The notes under the pieces were generated by a model. It did no database searches. It saw nothing but the letters and a program-made list of their open reading frames with translations, and had not been told where the DNA came from. Shown in pieces: positions 1-13,426 of a stretch of 64,000 nucleotides of DNA. Positions within the stretch are counted from its first letter, which is position 1; every line of letters begins with the position of its first letter. Source of the stretch: Fimbriosthenelais zetlandica. Taxonomy: Eukaryota. Location: positions 24,862,001-24,926,000 of the forward strand of contig OZ365113.1 of NCBI GenBank assembly GCA_977030845.1, read 5' to 3'. The position numbers and the translations under genes are program-made.

Positions 1-487
1 ATTTTGTGGTGCAAAGCCAACTCAGGGAACAAAGTCAATCCCAATACATTGTACATCAAAGACCCACGTAGTCCTGCCTGACGATATAGACAAATAGTAG
101 AGGAAGACGATGGCCTTCCTCACAGACGCAGATTTGGAGGATACTCTACAATGGGACCCATATAACCACTTGGTGGTATGGGGGCCTGCCATCCCCTTCT
201 TCTTGTTCTTCGTGTTTGTCGGGGACCTTGGTTTGTGGCCTTGGGCCATGCTTTCTGCACTTCCTCAACCTCTACGCCTCGCTCCATGCATCAGCATCAG
301 CTAAAAAGATATCTCACTGCATTCCTCAATGCCTTTATATACAAGGTATTCATCACATGCCACATCTGATGATGATCTGATTTAAACGAAAAAGTTATTA
401 TAAAATCTTTTTTGGGCTTTATTGTCACAACAATCGGAGCTAGATTGTGACAAACTGGAAACACGCACCTTAAATGCATCTCAACAT

Positions 488-735
488 CATAGATAGTGGG
501 AGATATGGCTGGGCTGTTAAATGCCTCTCACCATAGACAGTGGGAGATGTGGCTGGGCTGTTACATGCCTCTCACCATAGACAGTGGGAGATATGGCTGG
601 GCTTTTACATGCCTCTCACCATAGACAGTGGGAGATATGGCTGGGCGTTTACATGCCTCTGATCATAGACAGTGGGAGACGTGGCTGGGCTTTTACATTC
701 CTGTCACCATAGACAGTGAGAGACATGGCTGGCCT
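488..735. repeat. Minisatellite, 44-bp unit, ~5.6 copies
   Basis: Unit CATAGACAGTGGGAGATRTGGCTGGGCTKTTACATGCCTCTCAC recurs at 488, 532, 576, 620, 664 and 708 with no spacers. Confidence 0.95.
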
Positions 736-3451
736 TTGGTATCCTAGTTAGCAGCACTGGACAAAGAAGGACAATAGCACGATAATAAGTACGAAGATTG
801 CTTTTAGAGAATACTTTGGTTCTGTTAGTTCAGAGTTGTGCGGAAATGAAATGTCATGGTATAGTTCGAGCTCCAGGAAAATGAAAAATTATGTTACTGA
901 ATGTCATGATGAAAATAATTATAACCGGGGAATGGCAGGAGTATAGTGTATTGGTTAGTAGAAGTAGCTAGTCTCGGAAATCACGTGCTCTGAACTTTAT
1001 GGTGCAGAGCATGAATGTGGGAATGAATGAGGAAATTACAATAATTAGGTTCGAATATTTTAATGCAGAATCAGTCTATAACCTCTTATATGATTTCTCC
1101 ATCATTATAAAGGTCATTACGATGTCTTCTTCAGTTTGGGTCCTCTGGCTGTACAGAGAAAATCCCCGCAGGATATTATATATAAACTGTAGGCTACATC
1201 TCTGTGCAAAGTGGTTGGAGGGTAGAAATAAGAGGTGCATCACTATAGGTCTCATAATAAGGCAAAGGATGGTGAGGGGCAAGGCCAGGGTGTAATCCTA
1301 TAGTGCACTTATTTGATCTATGTATTCTGCGCCGTGTGTATAAGCATGGCTAATTAGAATCCAACGACAGGCACAGTTATGGATCGGAAGAGACGGTTCA
1401 AAGGCAAGGCGGGGTCGGGAATTACGTCGATGGAAACAGTTGGGGCATAGTGCGCCTTTCCTTCTGTCAGTGATTTATGCTTGTATATCTATACCTTCTT
1501 GCAGGAATAGATAAAGGCATTGCTTTCAAAGCCAAGGATGGTAAAAGTTCATAAGAAGGAATGTTGGTTATAGGTTCATATGTAAACTGATTTAAGTCTG
1601 CCCCAGGGAGAGGGAAAAGGGAATACGCCTAAGTCATATAGGATTCGATGAGGGGGAGAGGGGAATGCAGACTTTAGGGCAAGAGGGAGAGAAGAATGTC
1701 TAGATGCATATTTATGCCTTATGTGTAACTTATTATAAGTAGTATATAGTATTACATAGCACACACAGAGTCATACCATAGGACTGTTTGGTGCACGATT
1801 ACATGATGGAAGAAAACAATATATTACATAGAAGCTTTTATTCACAACATATATCATTTAAAAGATACCGCGTCAAGAATCAGTTAAACTTAAAGCACCC
1901 TATACTTGCCCTCCAAATGCATTCCGCTTTGACGTGCACGGAAGTAATTTCCCCTTTTGATGTTCCTTGGACCAGGTTGCTTTCTAAGTACAAAACCTAT
2001 ATAAATATTTCTATTTGTACCACATGACAAAGGCATAGAAGAATCTAACACGTTCCTCATCCTTGTTCCTACAAATCTTTATTCCATTGCACGAAAGATC
2101 GATCCAATCTCGCCGCAAAGTTTTCCCCAGTGTAGCCTATATGCTATGGAAGCTGTGAGTGGACCACTTGGTATTAGACACCCAAACATTTATAGGTGCC
2201 ATATTCTGTGCCATAATCATCTTAGATGAAGACAAGCTATACACAGAGACACTACTGTTAATTGACACCTATGCATTATCTTGTCTCTTGGAACCCGCTG
2301 ACCGTTTCGCTATATTATAGTAAATTTTAAGGCCTGTCACTATTCGTGACAGGATGACGGGCATTGCATGCAGCGAATTGATTCCTCAGCATCAATGTGG
2401 CCTTGTGAATCAAACAAACCTCTTCGATCTCCTCTGCCTCTTCTCTTGCTGCCCGCCTGCCCGCTATAGGCTGAGATGGAGTGGGGTTCATGGAGGCCTA
2501 TACGCTGCCACGTATAGCAGCAATAGAGGCTCCACCCATCGACCCTTGGCTTGAGGGATGTACGTCCATTTACGGCTTGTTGGTGGACATGGGGGACAAG
2601 TGAGTTTTAGATGGGGAGACTTAAATCCTAAGTTGTGTACACCTCGAATAACACCCAAGTTTACCCCTATATAACTAGTGTCCAGAGAGAAGATTGTCTT
2701 TGGAGGTGGGTTGCATGGGGGTGAAGGATATTACATGCAACGTTATAATTCATGTTTACTTACCAAGTGTATCGTCCTCCACAATAAATTAAATAAACCG
2801 TCCTTAAACAGAGGACTACATTATAATTATTTCACTTCAAAATACCTTCAAAATATTTTTTAAATCATGAGGTGTTCCATTGGAATATAATTATGGTCGT
2901 CACCTTAATTATCTTGCAGAGATGTCAATAGGATGCCTTTAACACTCTGTATAGATTGTTAGGTCTTTGTCTCCGATAATAATACAGCAGAAATCCCCTT
3001 CATTGGTGCCATTTTAGTGCCGAACTTCTGGGCCAAATGGTCGAACACCTAGTCCAAGCTTGACATGCAACTTTTCTATTTACCGGAGCGGGGAATTCCT
3101 CAGAGTGGACATCGTGCCAAAGATGGACCACACAAGCCATACGCTTGTATTGTACATTTTAGGAATATTTTCCCAACATTGGCCTCGCTGTTGGTGGTGC
3201 AAAATTACAAAAATCGTGGGTTTTCTCGTTTTCCCAATGAACGGGGTGCACTCGTGTAATTAGATGAGATTTAAATGTATTTTTAATATTGGATATTATG
3301 ACAGCTACCTTACCAATCATTTAAATTAATGTAGCTTTAATTTGATTTATTGCATCTATAGGTCATAGAGGCTATACCCTCATCCAGTATTCATTTTGCT
3401 TGATATTAATCTGACTCGAGCCTAAATGATAGAATGACAAGAGATCATTGA

Positions 3452-3525
3452 GAGATTATTAATATACTTGGCCATTGAGAGATCATTAATATACTTGGCC
3501 ATTGAGAGATCATTAATATACTTGG
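3452..3525. repeat. Short tandem repeat, 27-bp unit, ~2.8 copies
   Basis: GAGATCATTAATATACTTGGCCATTGA repeated from 3452. Confidence 0.9.
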
Positions 3526-3891
3526 ACATGTATTTCGATGGCTCGCTCTCTCGAGGGCTACGAAATTCCACTTGACATGATGCATTCCTCAATGCACTGA
3601 CTTCTGATCAGTCAACATCTATATTTGGAGAACGTTCCTGTGCAGATTGCGAGCAAACAGACATATTGTCCAGCCTTCCCACTTCACCCGCCCGCCCGCC
3701 CTCCCACCCACCCACCCATCCACCTCCTTGCAGATTCAACACATCGGGCCTTGCACTATAGCCGGCCTAATCAGTGATCACTTAGTGCTCTTCCACCCCT
3801 TCATTGTGTACGGCCCAATAATCGTGCGACTCCGGCACACCATACCCAAATGTTGACACATACTTCGATCTGCTCGCAAGCTGCTTGCCTT

Positions 3892-4064
3892 TGCGCATGC
3901 GTGTGATTTGTAGAGGCGAGATGGCGCCAGTATAAAGCCTCGACGTCAATAGTTATCGAACCAATCAGCGGTAGTGACGTAACGTCGGGAAGCACTTCCG
4001 GTGGGGTCCATTGAGCCATTTGGGAGTTAGACAAAGTCATGTAGGAGGTGTTGTATCTGGCAAG
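3892..4064 (+). promoter_or_regulatory. Housekeeping-type promoter and probable first (non-coding) exon
   Basis: NRF1-like TGCGCATGCG (3892), YY1-like AGATGGCG (3919), CCAAT (3962), CRE-like TGACGTAA (3976) and ETS CACTTCCGG (3993) within 110 bp, followed by donor AAG|GTAATG at 4064/4065. Confidence 0.6.
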
Positions 4065-4665
4065 GTAATGGTTGAATAGGCCTGCTTCACAAGGATTGGA
4101 GACGGTGAAGCCTCATATCAGACAGAATAAGAGATGTTATTTACCATGCGATCATATGTCTGTCGACGTCTTGTCTGTCGGCACCTGAACAACACAACCT
4201 CATCATTACAAGATGGCTTCTTGGACGTAGTCTTATTCTGTTTTTCATAATATATGATCCTTTGTTCAGATAGTCAATCTGATTACATGACTTATAACTT
4301 GCTTGTTTATACATAGGTCTGTAAAATGATGGTGTCGGTTTAAAAGGATTTCTTCTCATGATCAAAACAAATGGTGGATTCCGAGAAGTAATGTCGGATG
4401 AATCTCAAGCGCTATTTTGTTGGAAATAATTGGAAGTGTATTTAAATGTTTGTCTAATTAGACCAGGCTACAAGTTACATACATGCTATTCTTACAACTA
4501 TTACGTAACATGATTTTATATAGTATTTGTTTTACATTGTTTTTTTTGTAAATGAATAGTGTTTGAATAGCGTACAGAAAGACCCTACCAAGGTTCCCAC
4601 TGGTCATGATTAAGTAAGGACAAAAATATTTCTTTAAGGTCAGGAAAAATATCTTTTGAAAGTTA

Positions 4666-4877
4666 AGCCGGGACTCCACTGCTGCGATTCTGCTTGCGAC
4701 ACTACCGCGACAAAGGTGATGCTTGTGAAGGAGTGTGAGAATAAAATTTATAAATTGTGGTTCAAGTGTCCAAGGCCTTAAGGCCGTCCTCCAATGGTAA
4801 ATTTATCATTGAAACACAAGCATCACCTTTATCGCAGACGTGTCGCAAAAAAAAATCGCAGCAGTGGAGTCCCGGCT
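4666..4877. mobile_element. MITE family A copy 1 (PIF/Harbinger-like, ~60-bp TIRs)
   Basis: Begins AGCCGGGACTCCACTGCTGCGATT and ends AATCGCAGCAGTGGAGTCCCGGCT. Flanks are TTA/TAA. Four copies lie in the window. Confidence 0.9.
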
Positions 4878-5615
4878 TAAGCCAGGGAAAAAACAGGACA
4901 TTTTGGAGAATGCAGTAAGGAGATCAAGATAATTATTATAAGGAAATCAGATTTTTTTTTAAATGAGCATAATATATTACAGCGATTATCAGAATTGGTC
5001 AGGACATTGTAAAGTATAGTCAGGAATTTGTTAGCCTGGACATTATACAATAAAGGGAACCCTGCCTATGTTCTGACATGTTTAGACCTACATACAAATT
5101 GAATTGATCCGTCCCGCTATCAATTATTAAATGCCCCTGTCGCTACAAGAGTACCATTGTGACGTTTGACATTGGTAGTTCCTCCGCCGCATCTATACCA
5201 TGAAATGGGACGCCGCTATCGATGTAATGTCAGTCTATACAACCACAATCAACCCCCTGAAGCCAGCAGCTTGCTGCATGGGCCCATATAGATGAATAGA
5301 GAAAGGGACACACACACATATGCACTGCCCACCCACCCACGTCCCCGCCCATATTATCAAGGCACTATGTTATACTGCAATAAAACTGCTTCCTATCTCT
5401 ACTCCTATCAAGTGTAATTATATTTCCCCGTGCATCATTATTATTTTTTCATCACTCCAGTTTCCTATGCAGTCAGACTGAAATGGAGTCAAGGCTCATA
5501 GATAAATTTAAAATTAAGCTAATATTGTAAATCAATGGTTAAAACTTGATGATGGGATCACCCCAGGTGATTTAGAATTCAATATTCTTATTTTGTATAT
5601 ATATTTCTCTTGCAG

Positions 5616-5670
5616 TCTAAAGGAAAAAAATGGTTCTCAGCATCCACCGGGAAGCTTGTCTTGTACTATG
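5616..5670 (+). other. Candidate 55-nt internal exon
   Basis: Acceptor TTTCTCTTGCAG| and donor ATG|GTAAGT, downstream of the 3.9-kb promoter. Coding status unknown. Confidence 0.45.
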
Positions 5671-8600
5671 GTAAGTTAGGAGGTACTATTATTATTGCAA
5701 TTGCTATAGCCGAACTGTCATCAACGAGCGACCATTCGTTACAAAAAAAATCCTACACGGAAAAAACTGCGGCATATACGTTGAACCAATGTTCCGCAGT
5801 TCGAATGATCAATTCCCAATAACATTCTAAAGGAATACATGTATATCGGTTGTCTAAGTTTCGGAGTAAGCTCCTAAGACCTGTTCCCTGTGCTATATTA
5901 AGCCCCACTTTTTGTCCCCTTGCACACGGGGTCACGAGTTCATGACCTACCCCCAGGCTCCAAACAGGAATCACTCCTTAGTCTTTTTTTGGTATTTTGC
6001 CAGGAACTGCCGGGGAAAATTGTTGACAGCCAGGCAACGTCCGCAAGAACACCTCATCCCTCCCCCACCCCTTAATTTCCTCCCCTTGAAATGAACGAGG
6101 CTCACTATGGTGGGATCCTATTACAGCCGGGTTATAGGCCTACCTGAAACCTACTGTTCTACTGGGAACGGAACCCGTGCACTCCGATATCCTCTCAATC
6201 TGTTCTCCCTTTTCCCTGGAGCTCATTAAGGTCGTGCTTTTAGCCTTGTTTATATTAGACTTGGTTAGTTACGACGCCTTACACATGTCACACGTCTGTG
6301 TGATGTGCTGGCACTGGCTTGACAGTCTGTTGTTTAGCTAGAACAATGAACATTGGGATGTATTTATTAAGATTTTGAATACGTATCCGTGTCCGTGGAG
6401 GCTCAGTAATACTGGTTTCAAATTTTCTATCCTGAATGAGCAGGAACAGAGCTATACCCACGGAGAACGGGACTACCCATGGAGAACCGAAATTCATTCT
6501 CCGTGGATAGGGGAGAATGGGAGCCTATTACATGTAATGTTATTTGAAGTTCATGGCAATATCAGATATGAAAAGCTCAAACTAGATAACTTGCAACCTA
6601 AGGGACACTTTTCTTTGGTTAAAGTTTGACATGACATTAACCAAAGAAAAGTAATAGATTATCGAGACAAACTTACAGGATTCCTAAAGGTCTGACTGTC
6701 TTGCTTATATAAGTGAGCTTTTCTCTTTTCCATTGATGTAACGTGAGTCATGGGAAATGTGAGGGAGTGGGCGTATTATTGTGGGCTTGATGGAAGTCCT
6801 TTAAGTTGAATACATAGATCCTATTATCATTATGTATTTGATTGGATATTATGTAATGTATTTATAATAGAATCAAGTTTACTCAGATTCATTAAGTAAG
6901 TCAAGCATACTCGTGTAAGATAAATATTCCAACAATTGGTACTTGTGTGTTATACATACAAGAATATATAGTAAGAGCATAGGCCATTCATTATAATTTT
7001 TGTTCATGACATTTTGAAATATTTGATCATTTTATGGTATATTACATTATTGATGGTATTATCAATTTTGATGATCACCAAGACATGCCTCCATCAGGAT
7101 CTGCTTGTTCAGCTGCTGCGTTCCCAAATGTCAAGACATTGATGACATTACACACGAACGTGATTCAAGCAAACATGTCTGTCATATGAAATCATCAGGT
7201 ATACGGACAACAGACCTGAAGCAAGGACATGCCCATGACTGACAAATTGAGAGATAACAGGGGGGGGGGGGGGGGGGGGGTCGTGGAACTCTTGAAGCTC
7301 CTACTCTGATCAGTCAACCTATTATTAATTCATAAAAGAAGATTTGTTTGTACTCTAAGGCGAGATCATCAGAAGGCAGGATCATCGCTAGTGGTAGAGT
7401 GGAATATATTATTGACATCCTTGATTTATTTTGGCAGAGGTTGTTTCTTTCTTTTCTTTGAAGTAAGGAATAACATAATGCTATCTGCCATTGAGCTATG
7501 TGGTGTGTGCGGCAGGCAGTTCTGGGTGTATGACCTCTAACTATTGTGACCTCGACCCCTTCGTGACCCAAGTTAACCTTGTATATATATTCATAAGTAC
7601 CTTACATCTTTAATGTAGCGCCTCAGGGTTGGCTCGAGGATTTTGCAAAAAGGATAGTATAGGGGTGGTATAGAATAGTGGGGTCAGACCTGTGAAAAGG
7701 TGGACCGGGCGACAAAAATTATCTTCTGACACGAGGGGTCCTGACCCCAGCATAGTATACATCCGCCCTTCTACCTATACCTCCCTCACTTTTCGAATCT
7801 TGTCTTCCGTTTTAATATACATGTAGAAACCATACTGAACTGGGATCTGGGAAGTTTCAACATCATAATTTTTGTAGCACATCGACTTTTTTTATTACCT
7901 GTATTTAACTTTGTGACCTCCAACTCAGTATCTTGCGTCAAATGATTCCATAAAGGAAAATGGAGCTGGTCATATTAGTCTTCGTTTGATTGCTGTCAAA
8001 TAGGCCTAGCTATGTACGGCCAAACAAAATAATGGCCAATTGGATCTGCGAAAACGTTACATGATCCCTGAGTTTAGTTAGGCCTGCAGAAACGTGAAGC
8101 CTGCCCGCCCCCTAATACACATGCGGCCTGTCGACAGAATATCTTCTTGTCAATTGAGATTTGTTTATGACATAACTATAACCTTACATATTCTCCTCTT
8201 CACGGTGGATAAATTGGCAGATGCCAGGTAACCTGCGTGAACAAGGAAACCTGAACCCTTTGCAATTTCGCACGCTGTTCAATAGTACCGGTACATTCCG
8301 TATATTTGATAAAAAGAAAAGATCAATACCAAGTAGTCAGCAGCCAATATGTGTGATCAAAAGACACCCTTTCTACCTGTCCCCTTTTCCAATTTTTACC
8401 TCATGTCTGTGGTAAAAGCTCATGCAACACATTATGAATAGCAATCATATTAGGCTTTCTTGAGGGGTCGGGGTTGGCATTTACCTTTTTGCGGAGGCAA
8501 TGCGAAGATGTTGCGCTCTTTCCTCGCAACACAATCAACTAATGTGTTCATGCCTTTACTGCTGACCTCTGAATCTTTTCAAGGTGCTTGTCATCTGGCC

Positions 8601-9487
8601 CGCGTTCAATTATAAAACCTCACCTCACCTCCCCATGATACTCACGTGGTTTGGCATGACAGTTCCCGGTAATCTGAGACCAAGAAACGTAGGCTTATTT
8701 TATTGCTTAAGTGGATTGCTTCACGCTTTTTTTTCGCCACCTGAGCGCATCATATGTATGTACGTGAATATGGAGGAATCGGAATGTTTCTGTACGCTCA
8801 TTTGATTTTCTTCCTTTATGTTGTTTTTTCATATTCTTCACATTAATTTACTCCAAGTATATATAGAAGTAAAGTGTACTATTACCCGGTAGACACTGCA
8901 TCACACATTTTACAATCTGGGTGTCCCTGCAACAAAAACTTTGTACATACAGATATAGGCCTTTATAGGTGGGACAATTCCAATGGACTGTCCCACCAAC
9001 GAAGTCTTTTTGTGACACTCTATTTCCTGCGGCCCATGGTAACAAAGTTCTCTAATCTTTCGCATGGATTTAACTTTGAGGAACTACTTTCCACCTACGA
9101 GTATGATGAACTTTCCACGATCGAAAACTAGTAAACATCGTGCCCCTCTCCCTCCTCCCCTAGCTCCTCCTTCCAAATGTTCTACACTTGATATTGATCA
9201 AGAGGAAAAGTCTCATTGACATGTAGGTATCCGTCTACCTCTCAGAAACATAAACACCAACAGAACACACAAGGGACGATACTCTACTCTACCATGGATC
9301 TTTAGAATATTATGCACTTTGCGATCGAAGTACTCCAGTTTTTATCATTACTTCGCCTCTCGTGTTTCGGTACTTCTCCCCGAATCTATCGAAGATTCCG
9401 TCTCTAAGGGAGGATGATAACCCTTCAGTGCTTGCTTTAATTGTAGCTCATTGCTTCTGGTTCCATAACCCCCACTTCTCACCATTA

Positions 9488-9697
9488 AGCCGGGACTCCA
9501 CTGCTGCGATTTTGTTTGCGACACGTCTGCGACAAAGGTGATGCTTGTGTTTCAATGATAAATTTACCTTTGGAGGACGGCCTAAGGCATTGGACACTTG
9601 AACCACAATTTATAAATTTTATTCTTACACAACTTCACAAGCATCATCTTTGTCGCAGTAGTGTCGCAAGCAAAATCGCAGCAGTGGAGTCCCGGCT
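9488..9697. mobile_element. MITE family A copy 2
   Basis: Same TIRs as copy 1 and a TTA/TTA target duplication. Its interior is the reverse complement of copy 1. Confidence 0.9.
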
Positions 9698-10047
9698 TTA
9701 CATTCTAACAATATGCAAATGGTGAATACAGTTGCCCTTGTACATAAAAGTTCACCCACACTGCCAGAGTGCGCCTGTGGAACATGGCTGTTGTGTCTCC
9801 AGTGCACCCCTATACTTTGAGCTTTAATAAAGGCTCTAAATTCCTCTTGTAAATGTCTAGTAACGTGCCATGATGTTTGTCGCCTGTGATATCCAAGTAA
9901 CACAACCATTGTCGCACGAAATTGCTCGACCCCTGACATGCAGTGTGGGCCATGTGTTAACTACTGATCCCCACACTGTACAACCAGAGACTGAAGCATT
10001 GTTGTACAACGACTGTCTTGTATCAGTGTACTCCAACATTTGACTTA

Positions 10048-10239
10048 AGCCGGGACTCCACTGCTGCGATTTTGCTTGTGACACTATTGTGACAAAAGTG
10101 ATGATTGTGTCGTAATGAAAAATGTAATACTTGTGGACAGCATTAAGACCTTGGAGACTTCGGCAACATTTTATAAATTTTATTGTGGCACCAGCATCAC
10201 TTTTGTCGCAAATTAAATCGCAGAAGTGGAGTCCCGGCT
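10048..10239. mobile_element. MITE family A copy 3 (more diverged)
   Basis: AGCCGGGACTCCACTGCTGCG...CGCAGAAGTGGAGTCCCGGCT. Confidence 0.88.
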
Positions 10240-11097
10240 CTTAAGTGTACTAAACCGAACACCTTGCTGCATCACGCAGCAGCTCCACGTGTACATTGTG
10301 TACCCGGCAATCTCTGCCTCTCCTACCCCCCAAAAAATGTATCATCAATCCACTTTTGATTTGGATCTGTGCCAAAAGCGAACAAACAAAGTTTGCAATG
10401 AAAGAGGTAAACTTGGTCCGCTTGGAACATACACAGTGATCATTGATTCAATGTGGTGTTTTTTATGGAAGTTCTTCCCAATATCCTGCATGTAATGAAT
10501 GATCAAAGCACCCTGAGTAGGTAGAAGTTTGCTAAACATGAACAATACATCTTTTTTATCATACTCGATATATGTGGGCGCTGGAAAGATGCACTTCTTG
10601 AGGAAAGGCAAGAAATTCCTGCTTCTTATCTGCTTCTTTTGAATACCAATGGAATAGGGAAGATTAAAGCTTGAGATAATGACTGTTATATATGAATACT
10701 ATACCATGCAGCTGATGTCTATAAAGATTTGTACTTTGACAGATAATGTAAGTATTAGAGATCTCTGCCCGTGCACCAATGTAAGCACTTATAAGATTCC
10801 TCAGCTTCAGATTCTTCTAATTCAAACATGTATATACTTTACGGGTAATCCATTTTTGAAGATGAACAAATCCAGTTCAAACATTATTATTTTTAGCCTT
10901 TGAAGGCCAACAATGATTTTTCATGATGTTTGAGATATCCACATCGATTGAACTGAACTGAATTGGATGATCACATACCATCTTCTGATATATAACCTGT
11001 TTACAGTTCCACTTGCCTTATACTACTTAACAATATAAGCTAAAGCTAAAGCATTGTTGTATAACTATAGGCAACTTTGATCAACAGTTTGACTATC

Positions 11098-11230
11098 AGA
11101 GAGAGGGAGTGAGAGAGGCAGGAGGGAGATATAGGGAGTGAGAGAGGCAGGAGGGAGATCTAGGGAGAGAGGGAGTGAGAGGTAGAGGGGGAGAGTGAGA
11201 GAGGAGAGTGAGAGCGAGAGAGAGAAGGAG
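11098..11230. repeat. Imperfect GA-rich microsatellite
   Basis: Purine-only (GA)n/GGGAGA tract. Confidence 0.85.
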
Positions 11231-12110
11231 CGTGCACCATTGTATTGTTAGTGTTCTCGTGGGCGTTGTTTGGTAGCAACATCTTCCATTGATGGCAAGA
11301 TGACACCCAGCTTTCTTAAAAAGCGACAAGACGCGACATTTCACTGACGAGTTTGCGTGCTTTGTGAAGCTTCTGCGATTCCATGTGCAGCGTCTTTTCT
11401 TTCTCCTCCTGTTAAATTATCCTTGAAATTTGACAGCCCACTTGACAGCCCACGGTAGACTTTATTGCCTCATTGTGTTCTTTTCGGTTGCCAGCTTCCT
11501 TGCTCGCAAAATAATCGCTTCTGAGGTATCACATTTCCCAAAGGAACCAGTCGTTTTTTCATTGATTTTTCATAGAAATGTTCTGCATGCCATGGTCCTT
11601 TATTGTAACTCGTTTTACCTTATTTACCTTGGCTTTAATTTGTCTGTTTTATATAAGTCTACATGGGATAGTGGCCGGTTCAGATGCAAGAAGCCCGTTT
11701 CAAAATGAATAATTCCTTTTGAAAATGACTGTTGAAGCATGCTGTTTTGTTGCTTGGACGGAAGTGTATGGGATCTGGTGTCCGGTGATGTTATATCATA
11801 TTCATCTGAGACTTTTTTGTCAATTATATAAAATGAAGATCAAATTTAAGTATAATTATAAGTGTCAAATTTAATGAATCCTGTAATTTACACTTTATGG
11901 CCATATCCAGCAAAATGACATTTATTACTACTTTAAGTAGGCCTATTTATGTGTTATTAGTGCAAGTACTTGCAAATTTGTCATAACTGATTGTTACTAT
12001 AATTGAACCGGTTAGGCCTTTAAATTGGAATTATTCTGAAACTACATGTAGGCTTATACGTGCATTGGACCAAAAAGAAAACCATGTAATTTGCGTGTTT
12101 GTGGACTTAC

Positions 12111-12164
12111 CAAATGGGAAGATATACCATTAGCGGTGTTGTGGGTAGAGAGATAAGAGATAAG
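12111..12164 (-). other. Candidate 54-nt minus-strand exon
   Basis: Minus strand TTTTTAG|...TTG|GTAAGT. Open in phase 0-0 (LISYLSTHNTANGISSHL); product not recognised. Confidence 0.35.
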
Positions 12165-13426
12165 CTAAAAATCGGGCAATGTACAAGGAAACATTCGGTT
12201 TATAAATTGGTATAAGTGAAGAGGCCTATATATTTTGTCCTTTAATGATAGTTCTACAGGCACTAAATGAGAAATAATATGTTAGTCCTAAAGCAGTGGC
12301 GGGTCCAGAGGTTAGGGGTGGGGTGTTAGGTGGGTTGTGGGGGTTGCAAATATATATGACGTCATGTCAGATCTAACCTATATCATATAAATATCCAGCA
12401 TTATGAGACAAGGTTTGCATTGTTGTCTTTGAGCTATTACATGTGGTTCAGGTGCGCAACGTGCCACTCCAGTCCTGATTACGTCACAGACACAAGCAGT
12501 GACGTCATCTTGACGCAAGAACCACCCGGCCTCTAACTGTGACAAATGGACAAAGAATGTCGGTGGGTTGGTCTTGTCCCTCTTCAGATAATGATCATAA
12601 TTAATGGGTTAGTTTAACTGGCTTCCACAAGGGAAAGATGCCAGGAAATGAGTGGCTCTATTATGCTTGTAAAGCAAAAAACAAACTTGAATTTTTTTTT
12701 AATTAACATGATAGGATAGCGATGCTTAGGCCTACCGTCTTGATATTGCGTGGGTTGCAGAAACATTTTGGCTTGTATAAAGTTTTATGATTCGCCATCG
12801 CCCAAAATGCTTCGCGATTTGCATCGCTGAATCACCCATTTTTGCCTATTTTAACAACCCATAGAAATACATAGGCTTTTGCCTAATTTTGGCGAGCAGA
12901 AACTCGCGATCGATGAGTTTATGCAATACATGTATTTTCTGGTCGCAAACCGCTCGCAACACCGACTTTTGGCGAACAGATTTTGTTTCTGCAAGGCAAA
13001 TCTGATTCTGCAACGCCCGCATTGAATGGTAGTGTCCTCGATCACGGATTCGATCGCGACCAAACTGTCAAACTCTACTTGTAGAATGGGGCATTTTAAT
13101 AGTACCTCTTTAATTAAATGTACCCCTTTAAAATGTACCGACTGTTCCTGTTAAGAAAATCGAGGATACAGAAGTGGAGATGAACACATTGGAGGACATA
13201 GCTTCGGGCAGAGATTTTGTTACTAGTCCTCGCCCCAGGGGTGCTCAACCTTCTTTCTAATTAAACGATTCCTCCATTTCTCATATCAGGTGAATAATCT
13301 TCTTTACCTAATTCTAATTACATGTAGCCATCCTAACAGCGTGTCATGGGACCTCTGGTGGCTTGTGACTAGTGAGCACATTATTATATGTGGATAATTA
13401 AAAGCATCTCACCTCAGTCTGCCCCA

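Noticed and set aside
1-304. Coding exon at the window start
   Set aside because: A minus-strand acceptor exists near 300, but all frames close quickly and no product is recognisable.
488-735. 44-bp repeats as a CRISPR array
   Set aside because: The units are contiguous with no unique spacers, there are no cas genes, and the context is eukaryotic.
9625-9939. RNase H or retroelement fragment (WRHNSHVPQAHSG)
   Set aside because: The resemblance to the WVPGHSG motif is loose and the catalytic residues are not identifiable.
10345-10611. Protein-like 88-aa minus-strand ORF
   Set aside because: It has no recognisable motif or clear splice sites; chance or a decayed TE is equally likely.
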